Shown here: piece after piece, positions 44,488 through 53,359 of the stretch
Layout of the letters: each line of letters opens with the position of its first letter
Position numbering within the stretch: the first letter of the stretch is position 1
NCBI GenBank assembly: GCA_017628025.1
Contig: JAGBZX010000006.1
Location: forward strand, 3,433 to 67,432
DNA length: 64,000 nt
Source of the DNA: Kiritimatiellia bacterium
GTDB lineage: Bacteria; Verrucomicrobiota; Kiritimatiellia; RFP12; UBA1067
Direction of reading: 5' to 3'
The notes under the pieces: model-generated
Databases searched by the model: none
What the model saw: the letters and a program-made list of their open reading frames with translations, nothing else
What the model was told of the DNA's origin: nothing
Program-made: the position numbers and the translations under genes

Positions 44488-45674
44488 TATCTGACGACGC
44501 CTTTACCAGTAATAATATACTTATAAGTTGTAAGCTCCTCTAGCCCCATGGGTCCGCGCGCATGAAGCTTATCTGTCGATATGCCTATCTCCGCACCCAT
44601 TCCGAACTCTGCTCCATCTGTAAAACGAGTAGAGACATTATGATATACACTGGAGGAATCAACACCGGCTAAGAATTTTGCCGCTGCTACTTCATCCATT
44701 GTGACGATACAATCGGAATGACCCGATGAATTTTTATTTATAAACTCAATAGCGTCATCAAGGCTAGAAACTGTTTCAACATTTATATCTAAAGAAAGAT
44801 ACTCCGTCCCCGCTTGACCAGCATGAAGGGTAACGCCCTTCTTGCTAGCCCAATCATTTACCATCGGCATAAAAGAAGACGCTACTGCCTCATGCACAAG
44901 CAAACACTCTGCGGCATTACACACTCCAGGGCGCTGGGTTTTGGCATTGTCGAGAATCTTTAGCGCCATATCTAAATCAGCGTTTTTATCAACATAAATA
45001 TGGCAAATACCTTTGTAATGTTTCAACACGGGCACGAGCGAAGCCTCGCAGACAGCGCGGATAAGACGCTCTCCTCCTCTAGGTATAGCCATATCAACTA
45101 AACCTGTGGCGCGAACAATCTCCGCAACTGCTTCATGCTCAAGACGCTCTACAAATTGTACTGCATCGCCTGTCACGTCTTTAATGCATTCATAAAGCGC
45201 GGCATTAGTGCAAATCGCTTCCTTGCCACCACGCAAAATAATCGCATTACCCGCTTTTAAACAAAGAGCAGCCGTATCAATAAAGACATTTGGTCTAGAC
45301 TCGAATATCACCGCAATAACACCAAATGGTACGCGGCGCTTTTCAATCTTAATACCTGTAGGCCTATCTCTAGTCCAGATTACATCACCAACTGGATCTT
45401 TAAGTGATTTAATAAGCCTAACACCTTCAACCATAGAATCGAAACGAGACTTTGTAAGCTCTAGTCTATCAAGCATCGCACCAGATATACCGGCTTTTTT
45501 AGCGGCTTGAATATCTTGCTTATTTGCACTTGAAATCTTATCAAAGTTTGCCTCAAGCTTATTGGCAAGCGCTTCAAGCATTAAATCTTTCTGTTCTGTT
45601 GAAAGAAGAGCTATTTTATGAGAAGCGCTACGCGCTTTTTGAGCCATCTCAAGAATATAAGATTTGATATCCAT
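44487..45674 (-). CDS. proA: gamma-glutamyl phosphate reductase
   Basis: 395 aa aldehyde-dehydrogenase-fold protein with typical ProA sequence (VIFESRPN, catalytic Cys in NAAECLLVH). Confidence 0.9.
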   Translation of the reverse strand: MDIKSYILEMAQKARSASHKIALLSTEQKDLMLEALANKLEANFDKISSANKQDIQAAKKAGISGAMLDRLELTKSRFDSMVEGVRLIKSLKDPVGDVIWTRDRPTGIKIEKRRVPFGVIAVIFESRPNVFIDTAALCLKAGNAIILRGGKEAICTNAALYECIKDVTGDAVQFVERLEHEAVAEIVRATGLVDMAIPRGGERLIRAVCEASLVPVLKHYKGICHIYVDKNADLDMALKILDNAKTQRPGVCNAAECLLVHEAVASSFMPMVNDWASKKGVTLHAGQAGTEYLSLDINVETVSSLDDAIEFINKNSSGHSDCIVTMDEVAAAKFLAGVDSSSVYHNVSTRFTDGAEFGMGAEIGISTDKLHARGPMGLEELTTYKYIITGKGVVR

Positions 45675-45687
45675 TTCAATGCCCTCC

Positions 45688-47391
45688 TTAAATGCGACGG
45701 GGAGTTTCTATTCCTAGCAATGCTAGGCCAGTGCCGAGAACGCGCGCAAATAACGCACAAAGTGAAAGCCTAGCAATCTTGACGCTTTCCTCACTCTTAA
45801 GAATTGGAGAGTTTTGATAAAAGCTAGAATAAAGCTGTGCAAGTTGAAAAAGATAATCAGCCAATAACGAAGGCTTATATGCCTCTGCTGCTCTAACGAC
45901 AACGTTAGGAAATTCTAGTAACTGCAACGCAAGTCGCTTCTCAGAAGGCTGAGCTACTGCAAACGTGTTAGTAAGAGAGCTCTCTTCCACTTCTGCCTTA
46001 TCCATTAGCGAACAAACTCTAGCATAAGCATATTGCAAATACGGCCCAGAATTACCCTCAAGAGCTAGAGCCTTATCCCAATCAAAGTCGATTGCTGTGG
46101 CAGGGTCATGAGAAAGATCTGCATATTTAACTGCTCCATAGCCGATTTGCTCAGCAAGTTTTTCTGTATCAGCAAGATTTTCTATACTACCAGCATTTCT
46201 ATTTGAAACGATTTCTAGCGCGCGGCGTTTAGCCTCTGCAAGCAAATCATCGAGGCGTATAAGATTACCCTCGCGAGTAGAAATAGCCTTACCTTGGAAA
46301 GACATTAGCCCAAATGGCACATGCACAAGCTTTACATCAGCAAAGCCCGTTTTTGCTGCTATAGAGAAGAATTGTCTAAAGTGTAGCTTTTGCCTATCAT
46401 CAGTAACATAAATTATACGCTCTGGATTGTATTCTGCCACACGGCTTTCTACGCAAGCTAAATCACTAGTAGTATAATTATATCCGCCATCTGACTTTCT
46501 TACTATCGCTACTCCTAGCTTCTCTTCTGCCAAATCTACAATTAATGCCCCTTCACTTTCTTTGGCCAAACCCACTTTAAGAAGTTTTTCAACTACACCA
46601 GGCATCATTGAATTATAAAAAGATTCGCCGCGGTACGTGTCAAACTTAACGCCGAGCTTGGCGTACATGCGCTCAAACTCGCCAATAGAGATATCTATAA
46701 AGCGTTTCCAGAGTTCAGTGTTGGCCTCGTCGCCCTGTTGCAACTTAACGAGTTCCGCTCGGCAGGCATCCTTCCACAGACCATCTTCTTCTTTGGCTTT
46801 TGCTGCAGAAAGAACATAGCACTTTTCGAGATTTGCTACTGTAAGATTTTCTCTTTCTTCGTCGGTTAAACATTCGCGATAACCCTTAATAAGAATGCCA
46901 AACTGCGTCCCCCAGTCTCCTAGGTGATTATCTGCAATAACTTCATAACCAAGCGAGCGAAAAATCCTATCAATCGCACAACCAATTACAGTTGAACGGA
47001 TATGACCAATATGCATCTGCTTTGCGGCATTGGGAGAAGAGTAGTCTATAACTATTTTTTTACCTGCCCCAATCGCTGGAATAAGACAAGACTTAGAATA
47101 ACAAAGTTCTCTAAGCCTTCCTGAAAGCCATTGTGAGCCTACTGTGAGATTTAAAAACCCAGGACCAGCAACTTCAACCTTCTCAAATACTTTTTCGTCT
47201 TTAAGCTGTTCTGCCACGTCAGAGCCTACCTGACGAGGATTTAGCTTATTCATCTTTGCATACTTAAGAGCATCATTACATTGATAATCGCCAAACTTTG
47301 CATCTGTAGCTGGAACTACGCGAACCCATGAAAAATCAACACCTGGATAAGCACGCTGAAATGCAGACTGAATTATTTCGTCTAGACTCAT
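45688..47391 (-). CDS. argS: arginine--tRNA ligase
   Basis: 567 aa with a class I HIGH motif (PNAAKQMHIGH) and C-terminal DALR anticodon-binding domain. Confidence 0.95.
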   Translation of the reverse strand: MSLDEIIQSAFQRAYPGVDFSWVRVVPATDAKFGDYQCNDALKYAKMNKLNPRQVGSDVAEQLKDEKVFEKVEVAGPGFLNLTVGSQWLSGRLRELCYSKSCLIPAIGAGKKIVIDYSSPNAAKQMHIGHIRSTVIGCAIDRIFRSLGYEVIADNHLGDWGTQFGILIKGYRECLTDEERENLTVANLEKCYVLSAAKAKEEDGLWKDACRAELVKLQQGDEANTELWKRFIDISIGEFERMYAKLGVKFDTYRGESFYNSMMPGVVEKLLKVGLAKESEGALIVDLAEEKLGVAIVRKSDGGYNYTTSDLACVESRVAEYNPERIIYVTDDRQKLHFRQFFSIAAKTGFADVKLVHVPFGLMSFQGKAISTREGNLIRLDDLLAEAKRRALEIVSNRNAGSIENLADTEKLAEQIGYGAVKYADLSHDPATAIDFDWDKALALEGNSGPYLQYAYARVCSLMDKAEVEESSLTNTFAVAQPSEKRLALQLLEFPNVVVRAAEAYKPSLLADYLFQLAQLYSSFYQNSPILKSEESVKIARLSLCALFARVLGTGLALLGIETPRRI

Positions 47392-47427
47392 AACTTTAAG
47401 GCTCCCTATCTTAAAAAATTTTATTGT

Positions 47428-47436
47428 ATTATATCA
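47428..47436 (-). promoter_or_regulatory. extended -10 element TGATATAAT upstream of argS
   Basis: The minus strand reads TTTTGATATAATAC, 36 nt upstream of the argS ATG with AGGGAG between. Confidence 0.5.
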
Positions 47437-47444
47437 AAATTAAG

Positions 47445-47588
47445 CTACTTTTGCGAAGTATCTTCATTTTTAACAGGAGAATGGGTATCTTTTTTAATGC
47501 TAGATTGACGAATTTCTTTAATGATTCGTCTTAAGCGTGCTAGTTCCATCTCTCTTGGGCCGCGCCGCTCGTATGTTCCATCAGCCAT
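47445..47588 (-). CDS. possible small basic protein (47 aa)
   Basis: MADGTYERRGPREMELARLRRIIKEIRQSSIKKDTHSPVKNEDTSQK. The ATG lies 1 nt after the radical-SAM gene stop (TAAAATG). No clear ribosome-binding site and no recognisable family. Confidence 0.25.
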   Translation of the reverse strand: MADGTYERRGPREMELARLRRIIKEIRQSSIKKDTHSPVKNEDTSQK

Positions 47589-47589
47589 T

Positions 47590-49122
47590 TTAGAAGAAAA
47601 GATCTCTTTGCCCGCGTGAAGTAGCTTCGTACTGCTTCTCAACAGCTGGATAAAACTTAGGTAGCCACTCTTTGATTTCAGCAAGTTCTTTTTTAATGAG
47701 CTCATCTCCAATTTTGCGAGTTTCTTCACTAGCAAAATCATCAAGCCACTCCCTAAACGTAAGAACTGCATTAATCTTACAGAATTTACCTTCGCGCCCA
47801 GTTTTCAAAGCGTCCATTATGCAGCCACCAGTGCGACCACATCTGTAGCCAGCGGTGCAAAAACTAGTAATTGTGCCGCGTGAGGCTAAATAACGAACCA
47901 TCTCATCAATTGAACGAGAATCGCCCAACATAAATTGCTGGCGTTCCTTATCCTGCTCTGACTCATGAGCAAAATCGCTATACCCTTTTATTGCGATATT
48001 TGATGAGCAATCAAGCTGTGTCATTCCGTAATCTAGAACTCGATTGCGACTCTCTGCCGATTCTCTAGCCGTCACTATAATACCAGTATAAGGAACTGCT
48101 AGACGAGCTATCACAATAATTCTAGCAAATGTCTCGTCATCTATTAACCAAGGCGAACGCTCAGGAACATCTGTCCCCGAGGCTGGCTCAAGGCGCGGGA
48201 AGGAAAGCGTATGAGGGCCAATATTAAACCATCTCTCCAAATCTCTGGCATGCATCACTGTCGCAAGAAGCTCGTAGCGCCAATCGCAAAGCCCATAGAG
48301 AACACCAAAGCCTACGTCATCAACTCCCGCCTCTAAACAGCGATGAAAACATGTAACCCGCCAATCATAATCGCCTTTGACGCTCCACTTTGGATGCATC
48401 GACTCATAAAGTTTGCGATTATAAGTTTCTTGAAAAACTTGAAAAGTACCAATACCGACGCTTCTTAAAACTTTAAGATCTTCTATCGGCAATGGGGCAG
48501 CATTAACGTTTACTCTACGAATACCAACCTTGCATCCACTCTTTGGCGCTGGCACTTGTCTTGAATAACAATTTTCAATAGTCTCAGCAATGTATTTAGT
48601 AGATGTATCTGGATGCTCGCCATAAACAGCAATAACACGCTTATGACCTATTCTGCCAGCTAACACATCAAGCTCCTCATTGAGCTCATCCATCGTTAGC
48701 TTACGACGCACTTGTAATGAATTGCCTTCTCTAAATCCGCAGTATTTGCACCCATTTACACATAAGTTCGACATGTATAAAGGAGCAAAAACAACTATAC
48801 GATTATCATAAACTTTTTTCTTAATGCGCAATGCTGCCGCGCGCATTTCAGAGAAAAGCCCTTCGTCCTTAACTTGCATAAGAACTCCCACCTCTTCAGG
48901 TGATAGAGTTTCACAAGTTGATTCACTCTTTGCGATTATCTCGCGCACTCTTACTGGATCAACTTCACTTGAGTCAATCTGCGAGATAATCCTCTGAATC
49001 TCGGCGTCGTCAATAAAGTGACGACCGCCGGGAAGGAATTTGTTTATCTCGGAGCGGATGATGAAATTTGTACGATAATCATCCGCTCCGCTAAACTTGC
49101 GGATCTTTGAGCAGTCAGCCAT
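47590..49122 (-). CDS. radical SAM enzyme of the ThiH/HydG (tyrosine lyase) family
   Basis: 510 aa with a CVNGCKYCGF radical SAM cluster motif. Overall length and a Cys-containing C-terminal domain (SFCTAGYRCGRTGGC...FCKINAVLTF) resemble HydG more than ThiH. Confidence 0.75.
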   Translation of the reverse strand: MADCSKIRKFSGADDYRTNFIIRSEINKFLPGGRHFIDDAEIQRIISQIDSSEVDPVRVREIIAKSESTCETLSPEEVGVLMQVKDEGLFSEMRAAALRIKKKVYDNRIVVFAPLYMSNLCVNGCKYCGFREGNSLQVRRKLTMDELNEELDVLAGRIGHKRVIAVYGEHPDTSTKYIAETIENCYSRQVPAPKSGCKVGIRRVNVNAAPLPIEDLKVLRSVGIGTFQVFQETYNRKLYESMHPKWSVKGDYDWRVTCFHRCLEAGVDDVGFGVLYGLCDWRYELLATVMHARDLERWFNIGPHTLSFPRLEPASGTDVPERSPWLIDDETFARIIVIARLAVPYTGIIVTARESAESRNRVLDYGMTQLDCSSNIAIKGYSDFAHESEQDKERQQFMLGDSRSIDEMVRYLASRGTITSFCTAGYRCGRTGGCIMDALKTGREGKFCKINAVLTFREWLDDFASEETRKIGDELIKKELAEIKEWLPKFYPAVEKQYEATSRGQRDLFF

Positions 49123-49153
49123 TTTTTTGTTGACGCTGGTCTCCCAACATCAA

Positions 49154-50656
49154 TTAATTGCAGCAAAGCTTATAAAGAACACCTGCAACAACAGCCGAAC
49201 CGATAACGCCAGAAACGTTCGGGCCCATCGCCTGCATCAATAGGAAGTTCGTTGGGTCGTTAGAAAGGGAAACCTTGTTAACGACACGTGCTGCCATAGG
49301 AACAGCTGAAACACCTGCCGCACCGATAAGGGGGTTGATCTTCTGCTTAGAGAAGAGATTCATAAGCTTGCCCATAAGAACGCCAGCTGCAGTACCAACG
49401 CAGAACGCAATAAGTCCCAAAGCAAGAATGCCGAGCGTTGTGCCAGAAAGGAACTTCTCGCAAGCAAGCTTGGAACCGACTGAAAGACCAAGCATAATCG
49501 TGATGATATTAATTAGAGAATTTGACATCGTATCGGAAATGCGAACTACCGACGCGCCAGCTTCTTTTGCGAGGTTACCAAGCATAAGAGCACCAATCAA
49601 AGGCACTGCAGATGGCAACAATACAGCGCAAAGAAGAAGTACGACTAATGGGAAGCAAATTTTTTCAATCTTCGTAACCTCACGAAGCGGAGGCATCTTG
49701 ATAAGACGTTCTTCTTTCGTCGTCAAAGCCTTCATGATTGGCGGCTGAATAATTGGCACTAATGCCATATAAGAGTATGCAGCAACTGCAATCGCGCCCA
49801 AAAGGTCAGGTGCAAGACGAGATGTGAGCCAAATTGCTGTAGGACCGTCAGCACCACCAATAATACCAATCGAAGCAGCCGCCTTAACTGGATCGACACC
49901 ACCGAAATAATCTGCACCAAAAAGCGCGGCAAGACCAAGCGCACCAAAGAGTGCGAAGAAAATGCCGAACTGTGCCGCACCACCCAATAGAGCCATCTTG
50001 GGGTTAGCAATAAGTGGACCGAAGTCTGTCATCGCGCCAACACCCATAAAGATCATAATGGGGAAGATGCCCGTGTCAATACCAAACGAGAAGAAGTAAT
50101 ACAAGAAGCCACCAGGCTCAACTATACCAGCCGACATAACAGGCACTCCACTTTCCAAGAAAGAGATGACGCCAGAATGCATCATTGCAGGAGCTGTCAC
50201 ACCAGAAAGCGGGCAGTTCGCGAGAAGTCCGCCAAAGCCAATCGGCAAAAGAAGAAGCGGTTCAAAGCCCTTAACAAGAGCTAGGTAAATCATCAATAAA
50301 CACAAAGGAATCATGATGAGCTGCCCTAAACCATAGGACATTCCCAAAAGCATCTTTACGGGATGACCTTCTACGAACGCACCACTATCTTTAAAATAAC
50401 CGCCGTGCCATTTTAAATCCTTGTCATAATAACCATTACGGTTAGCGCTGAAAGGTTTCTTTTCTGGACGATCAGCCTCGGCGAAATCACCAGTGATATA
50501 AGCTGGTGCGCTTGACTGAATAAAGCCAGCAATACCAGTCTCACCGATAAGGCCCTTAGTTTTATTAAGAGTTTGGAGCCACTTTGGCGTTTCATCGGCG
50601 GCAAACGCACCGAAAGAAAACGCTAAGGCGAATAACGCTGTTATTAAATGTTTCAT
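49154..50656 (-). CDS. oadB: Na+-translocating oxaloacetate decarboxylase beta subunit (with N-terminal extension)
   Basis: 500 aa polytopic protein with OadB/GcdB/MmdB-type sequence ([18 protein letters not shown]). It follows oadG-oadA. Confidence 0.88.
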   Translation of the reverse strand: MKHLITALFALAFSFGAFAADETPKWLQTLNKTKGLIGETGIAGFIQSSAPAYITGDFAEADRPEKKPFSANRNGYYDKDLKWHGGYFKDSGAFVEGHPVKMLLGMSYGLGQLIMIPLCLLMIYLALVKGFEPLLLLPIGFGGLLANCPLSGVTAPAMMHSGVISFLESGVPVMSAGIVEPGGFLYYFFSFGIDTGIFPIMIFMGVGAMTDFGPLIANPKMALLGGAAQFGIFFALFGALGLAALFGADYFGGVDPVKAAASIGIIGGADGPTAIWLTSRLAPDLLGAIAVAAYSYMALVPIIQPPIMKALTTKEERLIKMPPLREVTKIEKICFPLVVLLLCAVLLPSAVPLIGALMLGNLAKEAGASVVRISDTMSNSLINIITIMLGLSVGSKLACEKFLSGTTLGILALGLIAFCVGTAAGVLMGKLMNLFSKQKINPLIGAAGVSAVPMAARVVNKVSLSNDPTNFLLMQAMGPNVSGVIGSAVVAGVLYKLCCN

Positions 50657-50681
50657 CTTATTTCCCTTAAACTTCTAAAGT

Positions 50682-52502
50682 TTAGCCAATAACTGCGAGC
50701 GTGTCGCCCGTTGCAACCTTATCGGTGGCATTTACTGTAATAGTAACAGTACCATCGCAAGTAGCCGTAACAGGCGTCTCCATCTTCATAACGTCCATAA
50801 CGAGAATTTCGTCACCCTTTGAAACTCTCTGGCCATTGGTAGCTGTAACGCGAAGGATTGTTCCAGGAACTGGGGCTTTGATTTCTTCGCCACCAGCAGG
50901 AGCTGCTGCCGCCGCAGGAGCGGCCTTAAGACCAGCCTCAGCCTTGAAGGCAACTTCCTTGCCATTGACAACTGCCTTATCGCCCTTAATTTCAACGCCA
51001 TAAGCCTTGCCGTTAATCGTAACAGTAACAGCACCGCCCTTAGCAGCTGCAGGCTTTTCTTCTTCTGCGAAACGGCAGCCCATTGGAGCCTTTGAAGGAT
51101 CCTTAAGGAAGAGAATGCCCTTTTCAAGGCAAGAAGCTGCGATAAAGATATTCTCGTCGGTGACAGGAAGTCCAGCATCTTCAAGCATCTTCTTAGCAAC
51201 TGCGCCGCCCTTCTTAGGGTCAGCGTCGTTCATCTCAAGAACCGTCTTCGTGGTAGGCTCGCTGTATGCTTTATTAAGATCACTTGAAGCCATAAATTCA
51301 GAAGCCTTCTTAACGATCTCTGGGTCTGGTGGAACAGGAGTCTTGCCAAAGTAGCCAAGAACCATCTTCGCATAACCAGGGGCAAACTTCTTGAACTTGC
51401 CGAACATGACGTTCTGAATAGCCTGTTGAGCATAGAACTGGGAGACAGGAGTTACAGAAGTGCCGAAGCCGCCAAGACGGACACAATCGTACATTTCTGC
51501 AATCATGTCATCATACTTATCCATCATATTGTTGTCACGAAGCATTTGAGTATTGGCGGTAAGAGCACCACCAGGCATCGGGCTCCAAACAATCTGAGGA
51601 TTGACGTTCATAGCTTCTGGCGGGAGGAAGTATTTCTTCATCGCGTTCTTGAAGCTATCCTCAGCCTTCTTGACCTTGTTGATATCAAAGTCGAAACCGA
51701 AATCTGGATCGCCATCAAGGCAGTGCCACATCGTAATGATGTCGGGCTGGCAAGTTCCGCCGGACATCGGCGCCATCGAAAGGTCGATACCATCAGCGCC
51801 GCCCTGAAGAGCCGCCACATAGCAAGCAACACCATTACCGGCCGTCTCGTGACTGTGGAACTGAATGTGGATATCATTACCAAGAAGCTGACGAGCAAGC
51901 TTCATCGTATTGTAAACGGTAGCAGGCGTCGCGGTACCAGAAGCATCCTTAAAGCAGACGCGATCGAAAGGAATACCAGCGTCCATAATGAGTTTCAAGC
52001 GATCGCGATAGAACTCAGGCGTGTGCGTACCCTGATTGTCAATTCCAGGAGGAAGGCCCATCATCGTGACGGTAACTTCGTGGTTAAGACCAGCGTCATG
52101 AATACACTGGCCAGACCACTTGAGGTTATTGACGTCATTTAAAGCATCAAAGTTACGAATTGAGCTCATGCCATGCTTCTTGAACATATCAGCATGAAGC
52201 TTAATCATATCAGAACTCTGAGACTCAAGCCCTACGACGTTAACACCGCGAGAGAGCGTCTGAAGGTCTGCTTCAGGAGCTGCCTTACGGAAAGCGTCCA
52301 TTACATCGAAAGCGTCTTCTTGGCAGTAGAAATAGCAGCTCTGGAAACGCGCACCGCCACCAGCCTCAAACCAGCGGATACCAGCGTCATAAGCCTCCTC
52401 AACGCATGGGAGGAAATCTTTGGAGAGAACGCGCGCACCGACAACACTCTGGAAACCGTCGCGGAACGCAGTGAGCATGAACTTAACGTTTTTCTTAGCC
52501 AT
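50682..52502 (-). CDS. oadA: oxaloacetate decarboxylase alpha subunit (carboxyltransferase plus biotinyl domain)
   Basis: 606 aa with an N-terminal HMGL-like carboxyltransferase TIM barrel, an Ala/Pro linker and a C-terminal biotinyl domain with VMKMET. Confidence 0.88.
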   Translation of the reverse strand: MAKKNVKFMLTAFRDGFQSVVGARVLSKDFLPCVEEAYDAGIRWFEAGGGARFQSCYFYCQEDAFDVMDAFRKAAPEADLQTLSRGVNVVGLESQSSDMIKLHADMFKKHGMSSIRNFDALNDVNNLKWSGQCIHDAGLNHEVTVTMMGLPPGIDNQGTHTPEFYRDRLKLIMDAGIPFDRVCFKDASGTATPATVYNTMKLARQLLGNDIHIQFHSHETAGNGVACYVAALQGGADGIDLSMAPMSGGTCQPDIITMWHCLDGDPDFGFDFDINKVKKAEDSFKNAMKKYFLPPEAMNVNPQIVWSPMPGGALTANTQMLRDNNMMDKYDDMIAEMYDCVRLGGFGTSVTPVSQFYAQQAIQNVMFGKFKKFAPGYAKMVLGYFGKTPVPPDPEIVKKASEFMASSDLNKAYSEPTTKTVLEMNDADPKKGGAVAKKMLEDAGLPVTDENIFIAASCLEKGILFLKDPSKAPMGCRFAEEEKPAAAKGGAVTVTINGKAYGVEIKGDKAVVNGKEVAFKAEAGLKAAPAAAAAPAGGEEIKAPVPGTILRVTATNGQRVSKGDEILVMDVMKMETPVTATCDGTVTITVNATDKVATGDTLAVIG

Positions 52503-52538
52503 TTTTATTTTTCCTTTATTATAAAACCAACAACAAAC

Positions 52539-52763
52539 TTAAATACCCTTCATCGCAACGGCGATAGCAACAGCGATGTTTTCGTCATCGTTTGACGCAA
52601 CCTTCGCAGGAGACTTCTTAGGCGCATCCTTAGGGAAAATTGAGTCAAAAGGCACAAGCGCCTTACAAGCTACGTTTGTAACTAAAATAAGAATGCCTAA
52701 AAAGAGATAAACAATACCCATGCCCGCAATGAGCAACACCAATCCCTGTCCTAACTCTGCCAT
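52539..52763 (-). CDS. oadG: oxaloacetate decarboxylase gamma subunit
   Basis: 74 aa with one N-terminal TM and an OadG-like tail (AVAIAVAM). Position immediately upstream of oadA. Confidence 0.7.
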   Translation of the reverse strand: MAELGQGLVLLIAGMGIVYLFLGILILVTNVACKALVPFDSIFPKDAPKKSPAKVASNDDENIAVAIAVAMKGI

Positions 52764-52802
52764 TTTTTAACTTCCTTAATATTTAATTTTAAAATCAAAC
52801 CC

Positions 52803-53246
52803 TTACTCATCAATATTGATAAGTTCAAGCGTATCGAAATTTATTTTACGGTAATAACAATTTCTGGGTTCTCCTGCCTTGTTCTTTGTATGGCAAATAC
52901 CACCGCGGCAAGGACGCACTAAATATAAAAGCGAATTTTGCTCGCAGTTGACATACGCCTCAATAAGGTCGAATGTTTCACCAGAAGTTTCACCCTTGAA
53001 CCAAATTTTATTGCGGCTGGTGGACCAAAGGATAAGTTTGCGCTTAGCAAAAGACTCTTTCATTGCGTGTTCATTCGTGTACGCAACGAGTATAACTTCT
53101 TTGGTATCAATATTTTGAATAGCTACTGGAATTACGCCTGGATCAATCTCGACACCAGATGCGCGCGAATCTGCGACTTGTTTGCCAACTTTCTCGAGTT
53201 TTGTAAAATCGAGAGTTAAATTCAACGATTCTTCAAGTTGCCCCAT
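52803..53246 (-). CDS. hisI: phosphoribosyl-AMP cyclohydrolase (monofunctional)
   Basis: 147 aa. WSTSRNKIWFKGETSGETFDLIEAYVNCEQNSLLYLVRPCRGGICHT matches the HisI core. Confidence 0.85.
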   Translation of the reverse strand: MGQLEESLNLTLDFTKLEKVGKQVADSRASGVEIDPGVIPVAIQNIDTKEVILVAYTNEHAMKESFAKRKLILWSTSRNKIWFKGETSGETFDLIEAYVNCEQNSLLYLVRPCRGGICHTKNKAGEPRNCYYRKINFDTLELINIDE

Positions 53247-53277
53247 AATTTTACCTAATTTGTGTTAATATTTGCGT

Positions 53278-53286
53278 ATTATATCA
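53278..53286 (-). promoter_or_regulatory. extended -10 element TGATATAAT upstream of hisI-oadGAB
   Basis: The minus strand reads TTTTTGATATAATAC, 31 nt upstream of the hisI ATG. Confidence 0.5.
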
Positions 53287-53359
53287 AAAAATATGTTCAT
53301 AATCCAGCAAATTTCACGCGGATTTTGATTCCAAAAATTGTACAATTAAATGAGTCAAA

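Noticed and set aside
47445-47771. 108-aa minus-strand ORF
   Set aside because: Its upstream 61 codons overlap the 3' end of the well-supported radical SAM gene in another frame. Only the distal 47 codons (47445-47588) could be independent, and they are listed separately at low confidence.
53353-53358. TTGACT hexamer (minus strand) as the -35 of the hisI promoter
   Set aside because: There is no acceptable -10 at 16-19 nt spacing. TACAAT is only 10 nt away, and the TGATATAAT box is about 65 nt away.
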